From: Candidatus Parcubacteria bacterium
GTDB lineage: Bacteria; Patescibacteriota; Minisyncoccia; Phycocordibacterales; UBA918
Reading direction: 5' to 3'
Assembly (NCBI GenBank): GCA_046050355.1
Contig: JBJOPW010000004.1
Coordinates: 1-64,000 of the forward strand
DNA: 64,000 nucleotides
Positions 29,220 to 38,908 of this stretch are shown here, in pieces; within the stretch, counting starts at the first letter, position 1, and every line of letters begins with the position of its first letter. Below the pieces are notes generated by a model. It worked only from the letters and a program-made list of their open reading frames with translations, was not told the DNA's origin and did no database searches. Both the position numbers and the translations under genes were made by a program.

Positions 29220-32200
29220 GCTGCGGCTTGGATAACGAGGAAGCTCACAACCTCAAAATCGTCTCCGCCCTTGAGGTGATCTTTGGTGAGCGCCGTACCG
29301 CCACGGGAAAAGAGGCTCTCGACGCCCTTTTCTTCAGTCTTGCCGACGACGCTCTCTATGGCGCGATCCAGCAGCTCTCGATAGGCGCTCATATCGCGCC
29401 CGTTCTTGGTTTTGGTGTTAAGGGCGTCGATGCTGGCGCGGTCTAGCTCAGTCGCAGACGCGGCGAGCTTCTTGTATACGTCCAGGCTCTTTTTGGCCTG
29501 AAGGTGATTGAACACGATGGTGCCCGCCTCGGAGACATAGATGAGGTAGAATGGCGTGAGCGCGTAGCTGTCTTCGTTCTGCACCTTACCCTTAAGGTCG
29601 CGCAGGCAGAAGATCACGCCTGGCACGGCTTGGTCAATGTTGGGCGACACAACCGCGTGAAAGCCGGTTGGTGAGCCTTCCAGGCGCTTCAGGTTTTCCT
29701 TCATGAAGCTGGACAAATCCATGCGGAAGTCGTTCAGCGTCATGTCGGTGATGGAGACGCTGCCATCCATGTCCTCAAGATCGATGACGGCATCTTGGAG
29801 CTGCTGCATTTGTTTGCGACGGTATTCCAGATCGTTCATCTGCTTGTTTTCGTCATATTCGATGACGTTCTCTTCGCCGGTCGCGGAGATGTCCAAGAGC
29901 ACCATGCGACCGCTCACGCGGGCTTCGAGGTTGATATACTCGTCGAGCTGCATGTTAGGCCAGAAATTGGTGAGCTGGATCGCGGCGTTCTTCGATCCTA
30001 AGCGGTCCACGCGCCCGAAGCGCTGGATGATCCGCACCGGGTTCCAGTGGATGTCGTAATTGACTAGCATGTCGCAGTCCTGAAGGTTCTGGCCTTCCGA
30101 AATGCAGTCCGTGGCGATCAGGATGTCGATGTCAGTCGTGGCATCGGGGTCGATCTTGTCGCGCTCTTTTGAAACCGGCGAAAAATTAGTCAGGATGCTG
30201 TTGAGGTCGCGCGGCAAGCCGTCGATGGTGCAGCGGTTGGTTCCACTACCCGTCACGAGCGCGCTGTGGAGGCCAAATTCCTTCAGCGCCCAGGTGTGTA
30301 TGTGCTTGAAAAGATATTCAGCCGTGTCGGAGAAGGCGGTGAAAACGATGACCTTGTTGTTGCCAGGGTTGATCGGCGTTTTGAGCTTGGCGGCAATGGT
30401 GTCCTTCAGCTTTTGGAGCTTGGCATCGTCCGCAGCCGCAATCTTCCGCGCCTCGTCGAGCAGGTAGCCTAAAAGGATGTGATCGGCTTCGAGGTCCTGA
30501 CGCATCCGGATGAGGTCCAGGTCCTGGATCAGCACCTTGACCTTTCGGCCAATCATAAGGTCTTCGAGTTCGGGAGAATCTGCCTCGATGTCCTCGATGA
30601 GCAATTCCTCGATTTCCGTAGCCTCATGAGCATCGATCTTCGCGAGGAAGTTGCCGACCTGAGCATGAATCTTCTCGACGGTGAGAGCGAAGGAATGGAT
30701 CGAGCTCTCCATCCGCTTAAGCATGTTGACGCGCATGAGGTGGATCAGGCTGCGCTCCCGGTCCACCTGCTTGAGCGTCGATTTCCCACCTTTGACTTGT
30801 TGGTCGTACTTGCGGCTGTAATCGTCCTGCTTGTCGGCGCGCACATAATCCAGGGGCGCGTAGGCCGCCAGAGAAAGCTTCTTGATTGAGCGGTTGATGT
30901 CCTTGAGCGGCGGGAACCGGCCATCCTTGTCGATGTCCGACTTCACATTCTGCGGCTTCAGACGCTCGGGGAATTTCCCGATTTCCGCAGTGTCGTAATA
31001 CTTCTCGATATGCCGCCGCGACCGCGCGATGGTAAGCAGGTCGAGTAGCTTGAAATAGCCGAAGTTAAGGCTTTCGAGCAGCCCTTCGGTGGTGCGGCTT
31101 TCAGCCGGTAGCTTCAGCCAGGTGTTGAACTGCGTCTGCGCGCGACGGAGTGTAACTTCTATGCTTTGAATGCCCGCATCGGCTAGCGCTTTGTCCTGCC
31201 CTTCGGTGATGAAGGCGACCTGGTTCTTCAGGTCATTCAGGCGATTGTTCACCGGGGTGGCGGAGAGCATCAGGACTTTGGTTTTGACGCCTTTCCGGAT
31301 TACCTCGTCCATCAGCCGCTGGTAGCGAGTGATCTTGTCTTTGCTCGGGTTGTTGTTTCGGAAATTGTGGGACTCGTCGATGACGATGAGGTCGTAGTTG
31401 CCCCAGTTGATCGTCTCCAGGTTAATCTCACCGGAGCGACCCGTCTCGCGGCTCAAGTCTGTGTGGTTCAGGACATCAAAGTTGAAGCGATCAGCCGCAA
31501 GCAAGTTGCGCTTGTCGTTGATCGTGTAGACAGTCCAGTTTTCTCGGAGCTTCTTGGGCGCGAGCACCAGAACGCGGTCATTGCGCAGTTCGTAGTATTT
31601 TATGACGGCCAGCGCCTCGAACGTCTTACCCAAACCGACGCTGTCGGCGATGATGCAACCGTTGTAACGCTCAAGCTTGTCGATAGCGCCGAGAACGCCG
31701 TCTTTCTGGAACTTGTAGAGCTTGTTCCAAACTAACGTGTCCTTAAAGCCAGTCTTCGACCGTATGATGCTTTCCTCATCGATTTCCTCGATGAAGTCCC
31801 TGAAGATATTGAACAGGGTGATGAAGTAGAGAAGGTTCGCAGGCTTATCGGAGGCGAGGAAATCAAGGCTTTCAAGCACCGCATCCTTTGCATTGCGAAC
31901 GGCAGTTGGATCATTCCAGATTGTCTCGAACCAGTTGAGCAACTGCTTCGTTGCCTCCGGGTCTTTCGCCACGGTGTTCATCGCAAAGCTGTTGGATCGC
32001 ACAACGCCAAGACCAGCGGCTGTAAAGTCCGAAGTGCCAGCGACGGCAACCACTTCACCAAGGGGTGGTTGAATGTGAAAAATATTCTGCGCGATAGGCG
32101 CTCCTGCGAGCTGTCGGACCTGAGCCTTCTTTCGAACCCATTCCGCACACTCGGCGGCGATGCGCTGGAGGTTCAGCTCATTCTTCAGGCCAATCTCTTC

Positions 32201-32407
32201 AGTGGTCCCGGCTAGAGGCAGCGGGAGAGCGGCATCAGGTCGCGCCAAGAGAATGCGCAAGTCCTGAACCTTGTTGAGCTCTGACTTCAGGGCGGAATAA
32301 CCAAAAACGGAAAACCAGGCGGTCAAAACCAACATTTTCGAGTCTGGGCTCAAGGCCGCTCGAAGTTCGTCTACGACCTTGCCGTGGACCTTGTTATCTA
32401 GAAGCAT
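29216..32407 (-). CDS. SNF2-family helicase with degenerate PLD-like N-terminus
   Basis: ADSVGLGKT, DESH, SATP, SEGQNLQ and QRFGRVDR motifs; start placed at MLLDNK. Confidence 0.9.
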   Translation of the reverse strand: MLLDNKVHGKVVDELRAALSPDSKMLVLTAWFSVFGYSALKSELNKVQDLRILLARPDAALPLPLAGTTEEIGLKNELNLQRIAAECAEWVRKKAQVRQLAGAPIAQNIFHIQPPLGEVVAVAGTSDFTAAGLGVVRSNSFAMNTVAKDPEATKQLLNWFETIWNDPTAVRNAKDAVLESLDFLASDKPANLLYFITLFNIFRDFIEEIDEESIIRSKTGFKDTLVWNKLYKFQKDGVLGAIDKLERYNGCIIADSVGLGKTFEALAVIKYYELRNDRVLVLAPKKLRENWTVYTINDKRNLLAADRFNFDVLNHTDLSRETGRSGEINLETINWGNYDLIVIDESHNFRNNNPSKDKITRYQRLMDEVIRKGVKTKVLMLSATPVNNRLNDLKNQVAFITEGQDKALADAGIQSIEVTLRRAQTQFNTWLKLPAESRTTEGLLESLNFGYFKLLDLLTIARSRRHIEKYYDTAEIGKFPERLKPQNVKSDIDKDGRFPPLKDINRSIKKLSLAAYAPLDYVRADKQDDYSRKYDQQVKGGKSTLKQVDRERSLIHLMRVNMLKRMESSIHSFALTVEKIHAQVGNFLAKIDAHEATEIEELLIEDIEADSPELEDLMIGRKVKVLIQDLDLIRMRQDLEADHILLGYLLDEARKIAAADDAKLQKLKDTIAAKLKTPINPGNNKVIVFTAFSDTAEYLFKHIHTWALKEFGLHSALVTGSGTNRCTIDGLPRDLNSILTNFSPVSKERDKIDPDATTDIDILIATDCISEGQNLQDCDMLVNYDIHWNPVRIIQRFGRVDRLGSKNAAIQLTNFWPNMQLDEYINLEARVSGRMVLLDISATGEENVIEYDENKQMNDLEYRRKQMQQLQDAVIDLEDMDGSVSITDMTLNDFRMDLSSFMKENLKRLEGSPTGFHAVVSPNIDQAVPGVIFCLRDLKGKVQNEDSYALTPFYLIYVSEAGTIVFNHLQAKKSLDVYKKLAASATELDRASIDALNTKTKNGRDMSAYRELLDRAIESVVGKTEEKGVESLFSRGGTALTKDHLKGGDDFEVVSFLVIQAAA

Positions 32408-32573
32408 GTGGACTTTTGCCTTGCCTGAAGAGTCGTCGTATGTGGTTGATTTTTTATGGGAATCCATGCCTTTTCTAGTCTCATTATCATTCCACAGATC
32501 GAGACTACAAGCAAAGGTTGGGTGACCGGATTCTGCAGACCCGGCCACCCGCGCTCCCACAAGGGGAGGGTCG

Positions 32574-32756
32574 TCAGGTCTCGCGGCGCGTGATCCGCTC
32601 TTGGAGCCATTCCAGCACTTCGCTTTCGACCCATCCGACCCGGTTCGGCCCGAGGTTTACCCGCTTGGGGAATGCTCCGACCTTTTCCAGCCTCGCGACG
32701 TGTTGCGGCGAGTACAGGACCAACTCTTTGAGCTGGCGCTTTGAAAGTATCCTCAT
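32574..32756 (-). CDS. AlpA-family regulator/excisionase
   Basis: FPKRVNLGPNRVGWVESEVLEWL motif. Confidence 0.88.
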   Translation of the reverse strand: MRILSKRQLKELVLYSPQHVARLEKVGAFPKRVNLGPNRVGWVESEVLEWLQERITRRET

Positions 32757-32953
32757 CACGATCTCTCCATGGTGAAGAGCATCGCGATGCCCAGGGTTAC
32801 GACGTTCCTAGGTGTGAGGAGAGTAGTGCGAGATTAGTTGCCATGCCATAGAGTTGTGCCGCTCTTGATCCGTTCCTGCATGGCCAGTGTGCGCTTTGAT
32901 TGAACCGGGATAGGGTTTTCGATTAGACTCCTGCACATGAAATGGAGGTACGA

Positions 32954-33271
32954 ATGAGCAGTATTGACTTGAACGCTCTCGACTTGGCTGAACTCAAGCA
33001 GTTAGCCAAGGACGTGTCGAAGGCGATTTCGGGGTTTGAGGATCGGAAGAAGTCGGAGGCTCGGGCTGCGCTCGAAGCTCAAGCCAAAGAGCTTGGCTTC
33101 ACGCTGAGCGAGCTACTCGGGACTGGTAGCGGAAAGACGCGCGCACCGACCGTCGCCAAGTACCGCCATCCCGAGAATGCTTCGATTACATGGTCTGGCC
33201 GTGGCCGTAAGCCGCACTGGTTTTCAGACGCGATCGCAAAAGGTGTCTCTCCCGAGTCGTTAGCGGTATAG
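32954..33271 (+). CDS. H-NS family nucleoid protein (alphaproteobacterial type)
   Basis: AKYRHPEN..TWSGRGRKPHW motif; GGAGG RBS. Confidence 0.92.
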   Translation: MSSIDLNALDLAELKQLAKDVSKAISGFEDRKKSEARAALEAQAKELGFTLSELLGTGSGKTRAPTVAKYRHPENASITWSGRGRKPHWFSDAIAKGVSPESLAV

Positions 33272-33343
33272 TCTCGTGGTGCGATCATACTCTCAGGCGC
33301 GGCCACGGCTGCGCTTGGGCCGCCTAGATCGTTGATCGACCGG

Positions 33344-33586
33344 AGGTGGTCTAGAAGGTGGACCGGATTCTCAGCGCTCTACAAAAGCTATATTTTTCAG
33401 TGCATTGGAAAATTTAGTGGTGCCCAGAGCCGGAATGGGATTGCCGGAACATTCCAACACATAGCCTTGCATTTTCAATTTCTTAGACCAAGTCGCGGCT
33501 CCAAGGGCAACACATCGCCGAACATCGCTGAACATACAATCACAACCCTTGAGGTGGACTAAAAGGTGGACTAGAAAAGGTGGACT
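33344..33586. repeat. attP-like site: tRNA 3'-end core flanked by integrase arm-type repeats
   Basis: Reverse complement of 33418-33436 is ATTCCGGCTCTGGGCACCA; two AGGTGG(A/T)C repeats on the left, three on the right. Confidence 0.72.
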
Positions 33587-33599
33587 GCGGGAGGATTCG

Positions 33600-34760
33600 A
33601 TGGTTCTCTTGAACAGCCTGAACCCACTGAAAGCAAAGAACCTAGTCGCAGGAAAGCACGCTGACGGCCAAGGACTTTGGCTAGTGAAGAGTGAGCGCAC
33701 TCGGGGAAAGTGGGTTCTCCGCGTTGTCGTCCAAGGAAAGCGTCGGGAAATGGGTTTGGGCCGGTGGCCTGACGTCTCCATTGCTGAAGCGCGTGAGTTG
33801 GCCGCGGAGGCGCGGAGGAAGCTCCGGACAGGCATCGATCCGATAGCTCAACGTGTTGAAGGCCGGAAGAAAGTCGTACGCCTAACGGTACAACAAGCAG
33901 TGGACGCGTGCTTCGAGGCACGAAAAGCAGAACTCAAGAGCGACGGCGAGGCGGGTCGCTGGATGTCTCCGCTCTCAGTCCACGTGCTGCCGGTGATTGG
34001 AAAGACTGCGATAGAGGACGTCGATCAACATGTGCTGAAGAAAGCTTTGGAGCCCATCTGGCACTCAAAGGCCGACACAGCTCGAAAAGCTCTAAACCGC
34101 CTCAGCTTGACCCTAAAGCATGCGGCTGCACTTGGACTGGAAGTAGACCTCCAGGCAACGATGAAGGTCCGGGCTCTCCTAGGCAAACAAAGGCACGTGT
34201 CCGAACACATTCCTTCGATGCCATACAAAGACGCACCGGCCTTCTATCGCTGGCTCTCCGAACAGACCTCGGCGGCAGCCCTACCGCTTCGCTTCCTCAT
34301 TTTGACAGCTGCCCGAACTGGAGAGGTGCGCTATGCTCGGCATAGCTACATTGAGGACAAAGTTCTTACACTCCCTCCCGAGATCACAAAGACCGGGCGT
34401 GAACACAAAATTCCGCTTACATCGGAAGCCGCAGCAGTGATCAACGCTGCGAAGCTGCAAGACAGCCAGGACCTGTTGTTCCCTTCCCCAACCGGAAAGA
34501 CCTTCTCTGATGCGACAATGTCACGATTAATGCAGCGTGAAGGCCTAGTTTATAGGCCCCATGGCTTCAGGGCCACATTCCGGACGTGGGTCGAAGAACA
34601 AACTGACACTCCTCTCGAAGTGGCTGAGGCCGCACTCGGGCACGTCGTAGAGGGACAGGTCATCCGGGCCTACCAACGATCTGATCGACTTGAGAAACGA
34701 CGATCCTTGCTAGTCAAATGGAGCAAGTATCTGCAAGACACAGGACACCCCAACCCATAG
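33600..34760 (+). CDS. P4-like tyrosine integrase
   Basis: GKHADGQGLWL arm-binding domain; RTGE, HGFR, LGH and RAYQR catalytic motifs. Confidence 0.95.
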   Translation: MVLLNSLNPLKAKNLVAGKHADGQGLWLVKSERTRGKWVLRVVVQGKRREMGLGRWPDVSIAEARELAAEARRKLRTGIDPIAQRVEGRKKVVRLTVQQAVDACFEARKAELKSDGEAGRWMSPLSVHVLPVIGKTAIEDVDQHVLKKALEPIWHSKADTARKALNRLSLTLKHAAALGLEVDLQATMKVRALLGKQRHVSEHIPSMPYKDAPAFYRWLSEQTSAAALPLRFLILTAARTGEVRYARHSYIEDKVLTLPPEITKTGREHKIPLTSEAAAVINAAKLQDSQDLLFPSPTGKTFSDATMSRLMQREGLVYRPHGFRATFRTWVEEQTDTPLEVAEAALGHVVEGQVIRAYQRSDRLEKRRSLLVKWSKYLQDTGHPNP

Positions 34761-34775
34761 CAACCAAAAATACGG

Positions 34776-35537
34776 TCAAAGCCTGATTATTGTATCCTGA
34801 ACCTGCAGAGCGCTCATCGCCGAGCAGAACTCAGTCAAGCCAAAGTCTCGATTAAATCGGTCATTAGACTCATGAACCAAAAGCGTCTTCGCCGCGAAGA
34901 CAGCGCCCGAATCACGTGCGAGTACTATAGCTCTCAAGTACTTCCGGTCCAAATCTCCAGAAATGCTACCAGACACAACCCGAAGATAACTGGTGTCTGC
35001 TCCTACAACATAGACACGATCTGCCTGGCAAAAGTAATAACCCTGATGATCGGGGTCAACGCTTTTCCGAGCAACTTGGAATGGAGAAACGTCATCATCA
35101 CCGATCGATCTGTAAGCGTCAAAGAACTTATCGAAGTTCTTGCGCTTAATGAAATTCATGAACCGGAATAGACCACAGTACTCAAAGAAAATTAACCCTC
35201 CAGAAACTAAGTCCCCAAACCCATCCGACCGGTAATAACGAAATGCACCAAGCAGAGTCCGTGCCTGCTGAATAGACTGACTATCTATCCCCAGACTCTC
35301 GCTAAGCGCTGAGTACGTTCTAAATTGCCTGTTTGGAACTCTCAAACACACGTCAACTTTTGCAAGAGACGAAAGTTCAACTTCTTCCCCCCTATAGATT
35401 TTTTCAAGTGTCGCAATGTCTGGCGCACGCGAGCCAAAGACCTTCTTGAACGCCCGAGCAGTCTTGAAGCCGTCCGCTACCGCTCTAGCCAAAACTTCAT
35501 CACCGACCAACGTTCGAGCGCCTGACTTCAACACCAC
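34776..35537 (-). CDS. Putative HTH regulator with C-terminal beta-rich domain, divergent from radical SAM operon
   Basis: 253-aa ORF; XRE-like helix pattern DIATLEKIYRGEEVELSSLAKV. Confidence 0.6.
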   Translation of the reverse strand: MVLKSGARTLVGDEVLARAVADGFKTARAFKKVFGSRAPDIATLEKIYRGEEVELSSLAKVDVCLRVPNRQFRTYSALSESLGIDSQSIQQARTLLGAFRYYRSDGFGDLVSGGLIFFEYCGLFRFMNFIKRKNFDKFFDAYRSIGDDDVSPFQVARKSVDPDHQGYYFCQADRVYVVGADTSYLRVVSGSISGDLDRKYLRAIVLARDSGAVFAAKTLLVHESNDRFNRDFGLTEFCSAMSALQVQDTIIRL

Positions 35538-35742
35538 TACCCACTCCCGAATCTAACGATTCCTCATCAAATCGCAAGATTCTCATACCAGTCCCGGCAC
35601 TGCAAGATCAAGTCGCACGAGCGAGGTAACGATCCCAACAAACAACTGAAAATCGGTGTTTTACCAGTGACTCGTAGGCGTGCGACCATGGAGCCGCAGA
35701 TGAGAGCAACTGATCTGCGCGAACGTAGACGGGAGGAACAGA

Positions 35743-37071
35743 ATGCGCATCGCAATGGTTTACCCAGAAGTCTTCGACCTTGCACGGTTCAATGAAAAGC
35801 GGAAAGAGTTTCCGCCTTTTGGGGTAATGTACCTATCCGCCATGATGGAGCAGGCAGGGCACGTTGTCCAAGTATTTGCCATATCCTTCGAAACGAGTGC
35901 GATCGATTTCCGAGGCTTCGATGCAGTAGGATACTCCATCCCATCATCAGCAACTTTTGGTATAACAAAGAAGGTACGGTTTGCTAGTAAGTACGACGAG
36001 GGGGCACTGATCATGGCTGGTGGAGTACACGCAAACCTTTACCCACTGCAGACTCTGGATGAATTGGAACCGGACGTTGTTGGCATTGGTGAGTGCGAAC
36101 AGACCATACTCGACATCTTGGAGAGGGGTAAGAATGCGGATTTTGGTAACATCCTCGGAGTCGCCTTTAAGAAGAACGGGGAAGCAGTGAAGACACCTCC
36201 TCGTCGAGTAGATAAAGACATTGACTGGCTTCCACTTCCATCCCGACACCTCCTGCCTCGGTCAGACATTGTGATGAGCAATCGACTATCTAACACGGAC
36301 ATCGAAATGGCCCACGTCATGTTCACACGTGGATGCCCGTTTCCGTGCAGGTTCTGTGCAGTTGCGCAAACTAAGATACAGTATCGCTCAGGCGCCAGCG
36401 CAAGACGTGAAATAGTTCACCTAATGGAAACTTATGGAATAGGTGGTTTCGCCATTGTCGATGACAATTTCATCGTTGACAAGCGTAAGGTTCATGACGT
36501 AGCCGAAAGCATCCAAGACCTCGGTGTAAAATGGTCGGCTCTTTCCCGAGTCGACACCATTGACAAAGAACTGCTCACGGCAATGGCCTCATCCGGATGC
36601 ATCGAAATTAAGTTTGGAATGGAGTCAGGGAGTCAGAGAATTCTTGATGCAATGCAGAAAAACACGACCCCGGAACAGATCCTAGAGGCCGCAAGGCTTT
36701 CATATGAAGCCGGCATCAAGGCCAAGTTCTTTATTGTTCATGGTTATCCTGGTGAAAACATGGAGACCACAGCCGAGACAATCGCCCTCCTTGATAGAGC
36801 TAAAAGATATGTAGATCGAGTTTCGCTCTTCAGGTTTGCCCCATTGCCGGGGACATATGTCTACAATCACCCTGAAGAGTTCGGCCTCCGGGGAACGGAC
36901 CGGCAAGCAGACTGGGATGGCAACTGGGATAAATATCATATTTATCACAATGCGTACCACTGGTGGGGAACGGATGATCAATTTGAAGAGCTGAACAGGG
37001 CGCACACGGAGATCTCCAACTATATTGACGAAACTTGGCCAGCGACTTTTCAACCGCCCCAAAATGTGTAA
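35743..37071 (+). CDS. Cobalamin-binding radical SAM enzyme
   Basis: PPFGVMYL and GGVHA B12-binding domain; RGCPFPCRFC, DDNF and GMESGS motifs; GGAGG RBS. Confidence 0.92.
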   Translation: MRIAMVYPEVFDLARFNEKRKEFPPFGVMYLSAMMEQAGHVVQVFAISFETSAIDFRGFDAVGYSIPSSATFGITKKVRFASKYDEGALIMAGGVHANLYPLQTLDELEPDVVGIGECEQTILDILERGKNADFGNILGVAFKKNGEAVKTPPRRVDKDIDWLPLPSRHLLPRSDIVMSNRLSNTDIEMAHVMFTRGCPFPCRFCAVAQTKIQYRSGASARREIVHLMETYGIGGFAIVDDNFIVDKRKVHDVAESIQDLGVKWSALSRVDTIDKELLTAMASSGCIEIKFGMESGSQRILDAMQKNTTPEQILEAARLSYEAGIKAKFFIVHGYPGENMETTAETIALLDRAKRYVDRVSLFRFAPLPGTYVYNHPEEFGLRGTDRQADWDGNWDKYHIYHNAYHWWGTDDQFEELNRAHTEISNYIDETWPATFQPPQNV

Positions 37072-37081
37072 AACTTAGAGA

Positions 37082-37828
37082 ATGGAGAGGATTGGAACTG
37101 TAGAAGCGGTGTTCCTACGCAAGGCACATGGCCGTGCTGTTGAGGAATCAACAGTCCTCAACTTAGTGGCTGATTTCGGGATCGTAGGGGATATCAACTT
37201 CTCGGCTTCGTCGCCTCGCCATTTGCTACTTAAGAGGATTGGACGTCCAGGCGATTGGACGGACAACGCCGGTTACTTCAATGAAAACGTTTCTTTCACT
37301 TCTGAAAGTCTGAATTCGCTTCGTCCGGGAGACATCGTAAGAGTTGGCTCCGCAACTCTCCTCGTTCGTTCAAAAAATGAGCGGTGCAACATTTTTGCGC
37401 CAGAGGTCCGCGTGGCACGAGGCCTTCATTGTGTTTGCATAGACGCCGGATCCATTCGTCGTTCGGATGACATCATAAAGCTCGGTAGCGTTTCTATCGC
37501 AGAGGACAGTCGCGCGGCACTATTGGTAACGGGCCTCAGGGCTGTTCCGCTCGGAAGAGTGGTGACTTTTGAAGATGCATGCACTATGATTGGTGGCAGC
37601 CGCCCACACTTGCGGATCATTCCAAGACTGCTAAAGATTGCAATTACTTTGCATCCAACTGGGGTTCCATTTCACAGGTTAGTCAAATCTAAGGGTGATC
37701 TAATTGACAACATTGTCACTGATCAGATGCTCCTCCTGGCGGCGGAAGGTATATCGACTTCAAACGGAAGAACTGTAAATCTTCAGTTCCGTCATGTTTT
37801 CGGGAGAAACCCATTTTGCGAAATGTAA
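37082..37828 (+). CDS. MOSC domain + alkyltransferase-like (ATL/MGMT) fusion
   Basis: GIVGD, ENV, GDIVRVG, ERC and RG (MOSC); VPLGRVVTF...PFHRLV (ATL, no catalytic Cys). Confidence 0.75.
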   Translation: MERIGTVEAVFLRKAHGRAVEESTVLNLVADFGIVGDINFSASSPRHLLLKRIGRPGDWTDNAGYFNENVSFTSESLNSLRPGDIVRVGSATLLVRSKNERCNIFAPEVRVARGLHCVCIDAGSIRRSDDIIKLGSVSIAEDSRAALLVTGLRAVPLGRVVTFEDACTMIGGSRPHLRIIPRLLKIAITLHPTGVPFHRLVKSKGDLIDNIVTDQMLLLAAEGISTSNGRTVNLQFRHVFGRNPFCEM

Positions 37829-38232
37829 GCTGCTTTGTCTCGATGGCAATTGAAGCTCGTGAAGCACTTAGTGAAGAGCTCTCCGCAATTAAGAGTGTGT
37901 GCAGTAGATTTGGTGTTAGAGCCCATGTCTTCCTAGATGAATACTCATTTGAGAAAGGCAAAGAATCCCAAATGATGGCGGAGGTCGTTTCGTGTATTAA
38001 TGGCTGTGATTTCTTGATTGCTGAAGTAAGCAAGAAGGCGATTGGGGTGGGGTGTGAGGTTGGCATCGCTGCAGCATTGGGAAAGCCGGTGATCTATTGT
38101 CGGCAGGCAGGGAGTCCAGCTTCGCTGACGGTTGGCGGACTGGCAAGTTTTACTCTGACTTATAGTGAAGCCAACGAACTTGCGCGGAAACTAAGTTTCG
38201 TATTAGAGAACAGGTTCTTCGAGTCCGACTAG
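37816..38232 (+). CDS. Nucleoside 2-deoxyribosyltransferase-like protein
   Basis: CDFLIAEVSKKAIGVGCEVGIAAALGKPVI motif. Confidence 0.8.
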   Translation: MRNVSCFVSMAIEAREALSEELSAIKSVCSRFGVRAHVFLDEYSFEKGKESQMMAEVVSCINGCDFLIAEVSKKAIGVGCEVGIAAALGKPVIYCRQAGSPASLTVGGLASFTLTYSEANELARKLSFVLENRFFESD

Positions 38233-38327
38233 ATTTCGATGCTACTTGGACCGGATCCCGATCTTTTATCTGGGTGTCCGGCATCTAGTGTCTTAGTCAA
38301 GGCAATGAGAATTCATTGAAGTGAGGA

Positions 38328-38357
38328 AGTTTGAGAAGTGTTTCGAAGTGGGTCACA
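38328..38357. repeat. Internal second copy of the element's right att half-site
   Basis: AGTTTGAGAAGTGTTTCGAAGTGGGTCACA matches 42861-42890 at 27/30 positions. Confidence 0.85.
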
Positions 38358-38663
38358 TTTTGGAAGTTTCGGAGCCTTCCTCGTTGCTCCGGCTCATTGT
38401 TTAACTTGATGACGGTCGCCGTCACGGGTCAGTGTGTTGATCGTACAGGATCCATGAGTGGGGTTTCGAAGCGGTCCCTGCATACCTTGGAGTTCCGGGT
38501 AGCTCGGGTGGAGGATAGTGATATTCGAGGCGCTCTCCCGTGTGGAGTGCTCGCCAATGACAGTTTGGTCGCGCATGCTGTCAGGCGCAGGACGCTAGAA
38601 GACCCTCATTGACAACTCATGGTATAGTATCTATGTCTTACTAGCTAAATGTAGAGGTAAACC

Positions 38664-38906
38664 ATGTCCGAGAAATACAAATTCAAAGTTGAGAATGAAA
38701 CCTACGAGTGGGGCGATGCAACCATCACCGCAGCGGAAGTACGCGGGGTCGGTCCAGGGATTCCTGATAGCATGGATCTCTTTGTGAAGCTTCCCGGAAA
38801 GCCTGCGCGCTTAGTGTCGGATCCAGGCGAAGTCTTTGATCTCTCGAAGCCGGGAATCGAGAAATTCTTTGCGCAGAACTCATCGTCGGAAGCGGGCGCC
38901 AACTAA
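38664..38906 (+). CDS. Ubiquitin-like (multiubiquitin-domain) protein
   Basis: YKFKVEN..YEW...IT...DLSKPGIEKF beta-grasp pattern; tail EAGAN. Confidence 0.82.
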   Translation: MSEKYKFKVENETYEWGDATITAAEVRGVGPGIPDSMDLFVKLPGKPARLVSDPGEVFDLSKPGIEKFFAQNSSSEAGAN

Positions 38907-38908
38907 TT

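Noticed and set aside
23928-31735. Numerous plus-strand ORFs within the RM/helicase block
   Set aside because: Antisense shadows of GC-rich genes; no motifs
33418-33436. tRNA gene
   Set aside because: Only the 3' 19 nt are present; no D-arm or anticodon arm
33551-33586. Short tandem AGGTGGACT repeats as a CRISPR array
   Set aside because: Units are about 9 bp with 2-4 bp gaps and no cas genes; the position fits integrase arm-binding sites
38358-38610. Remnant recombinase gene beside the inner att
   Set aside because: Short frames only, with no similarity to the recombinase visible beyond the att itself
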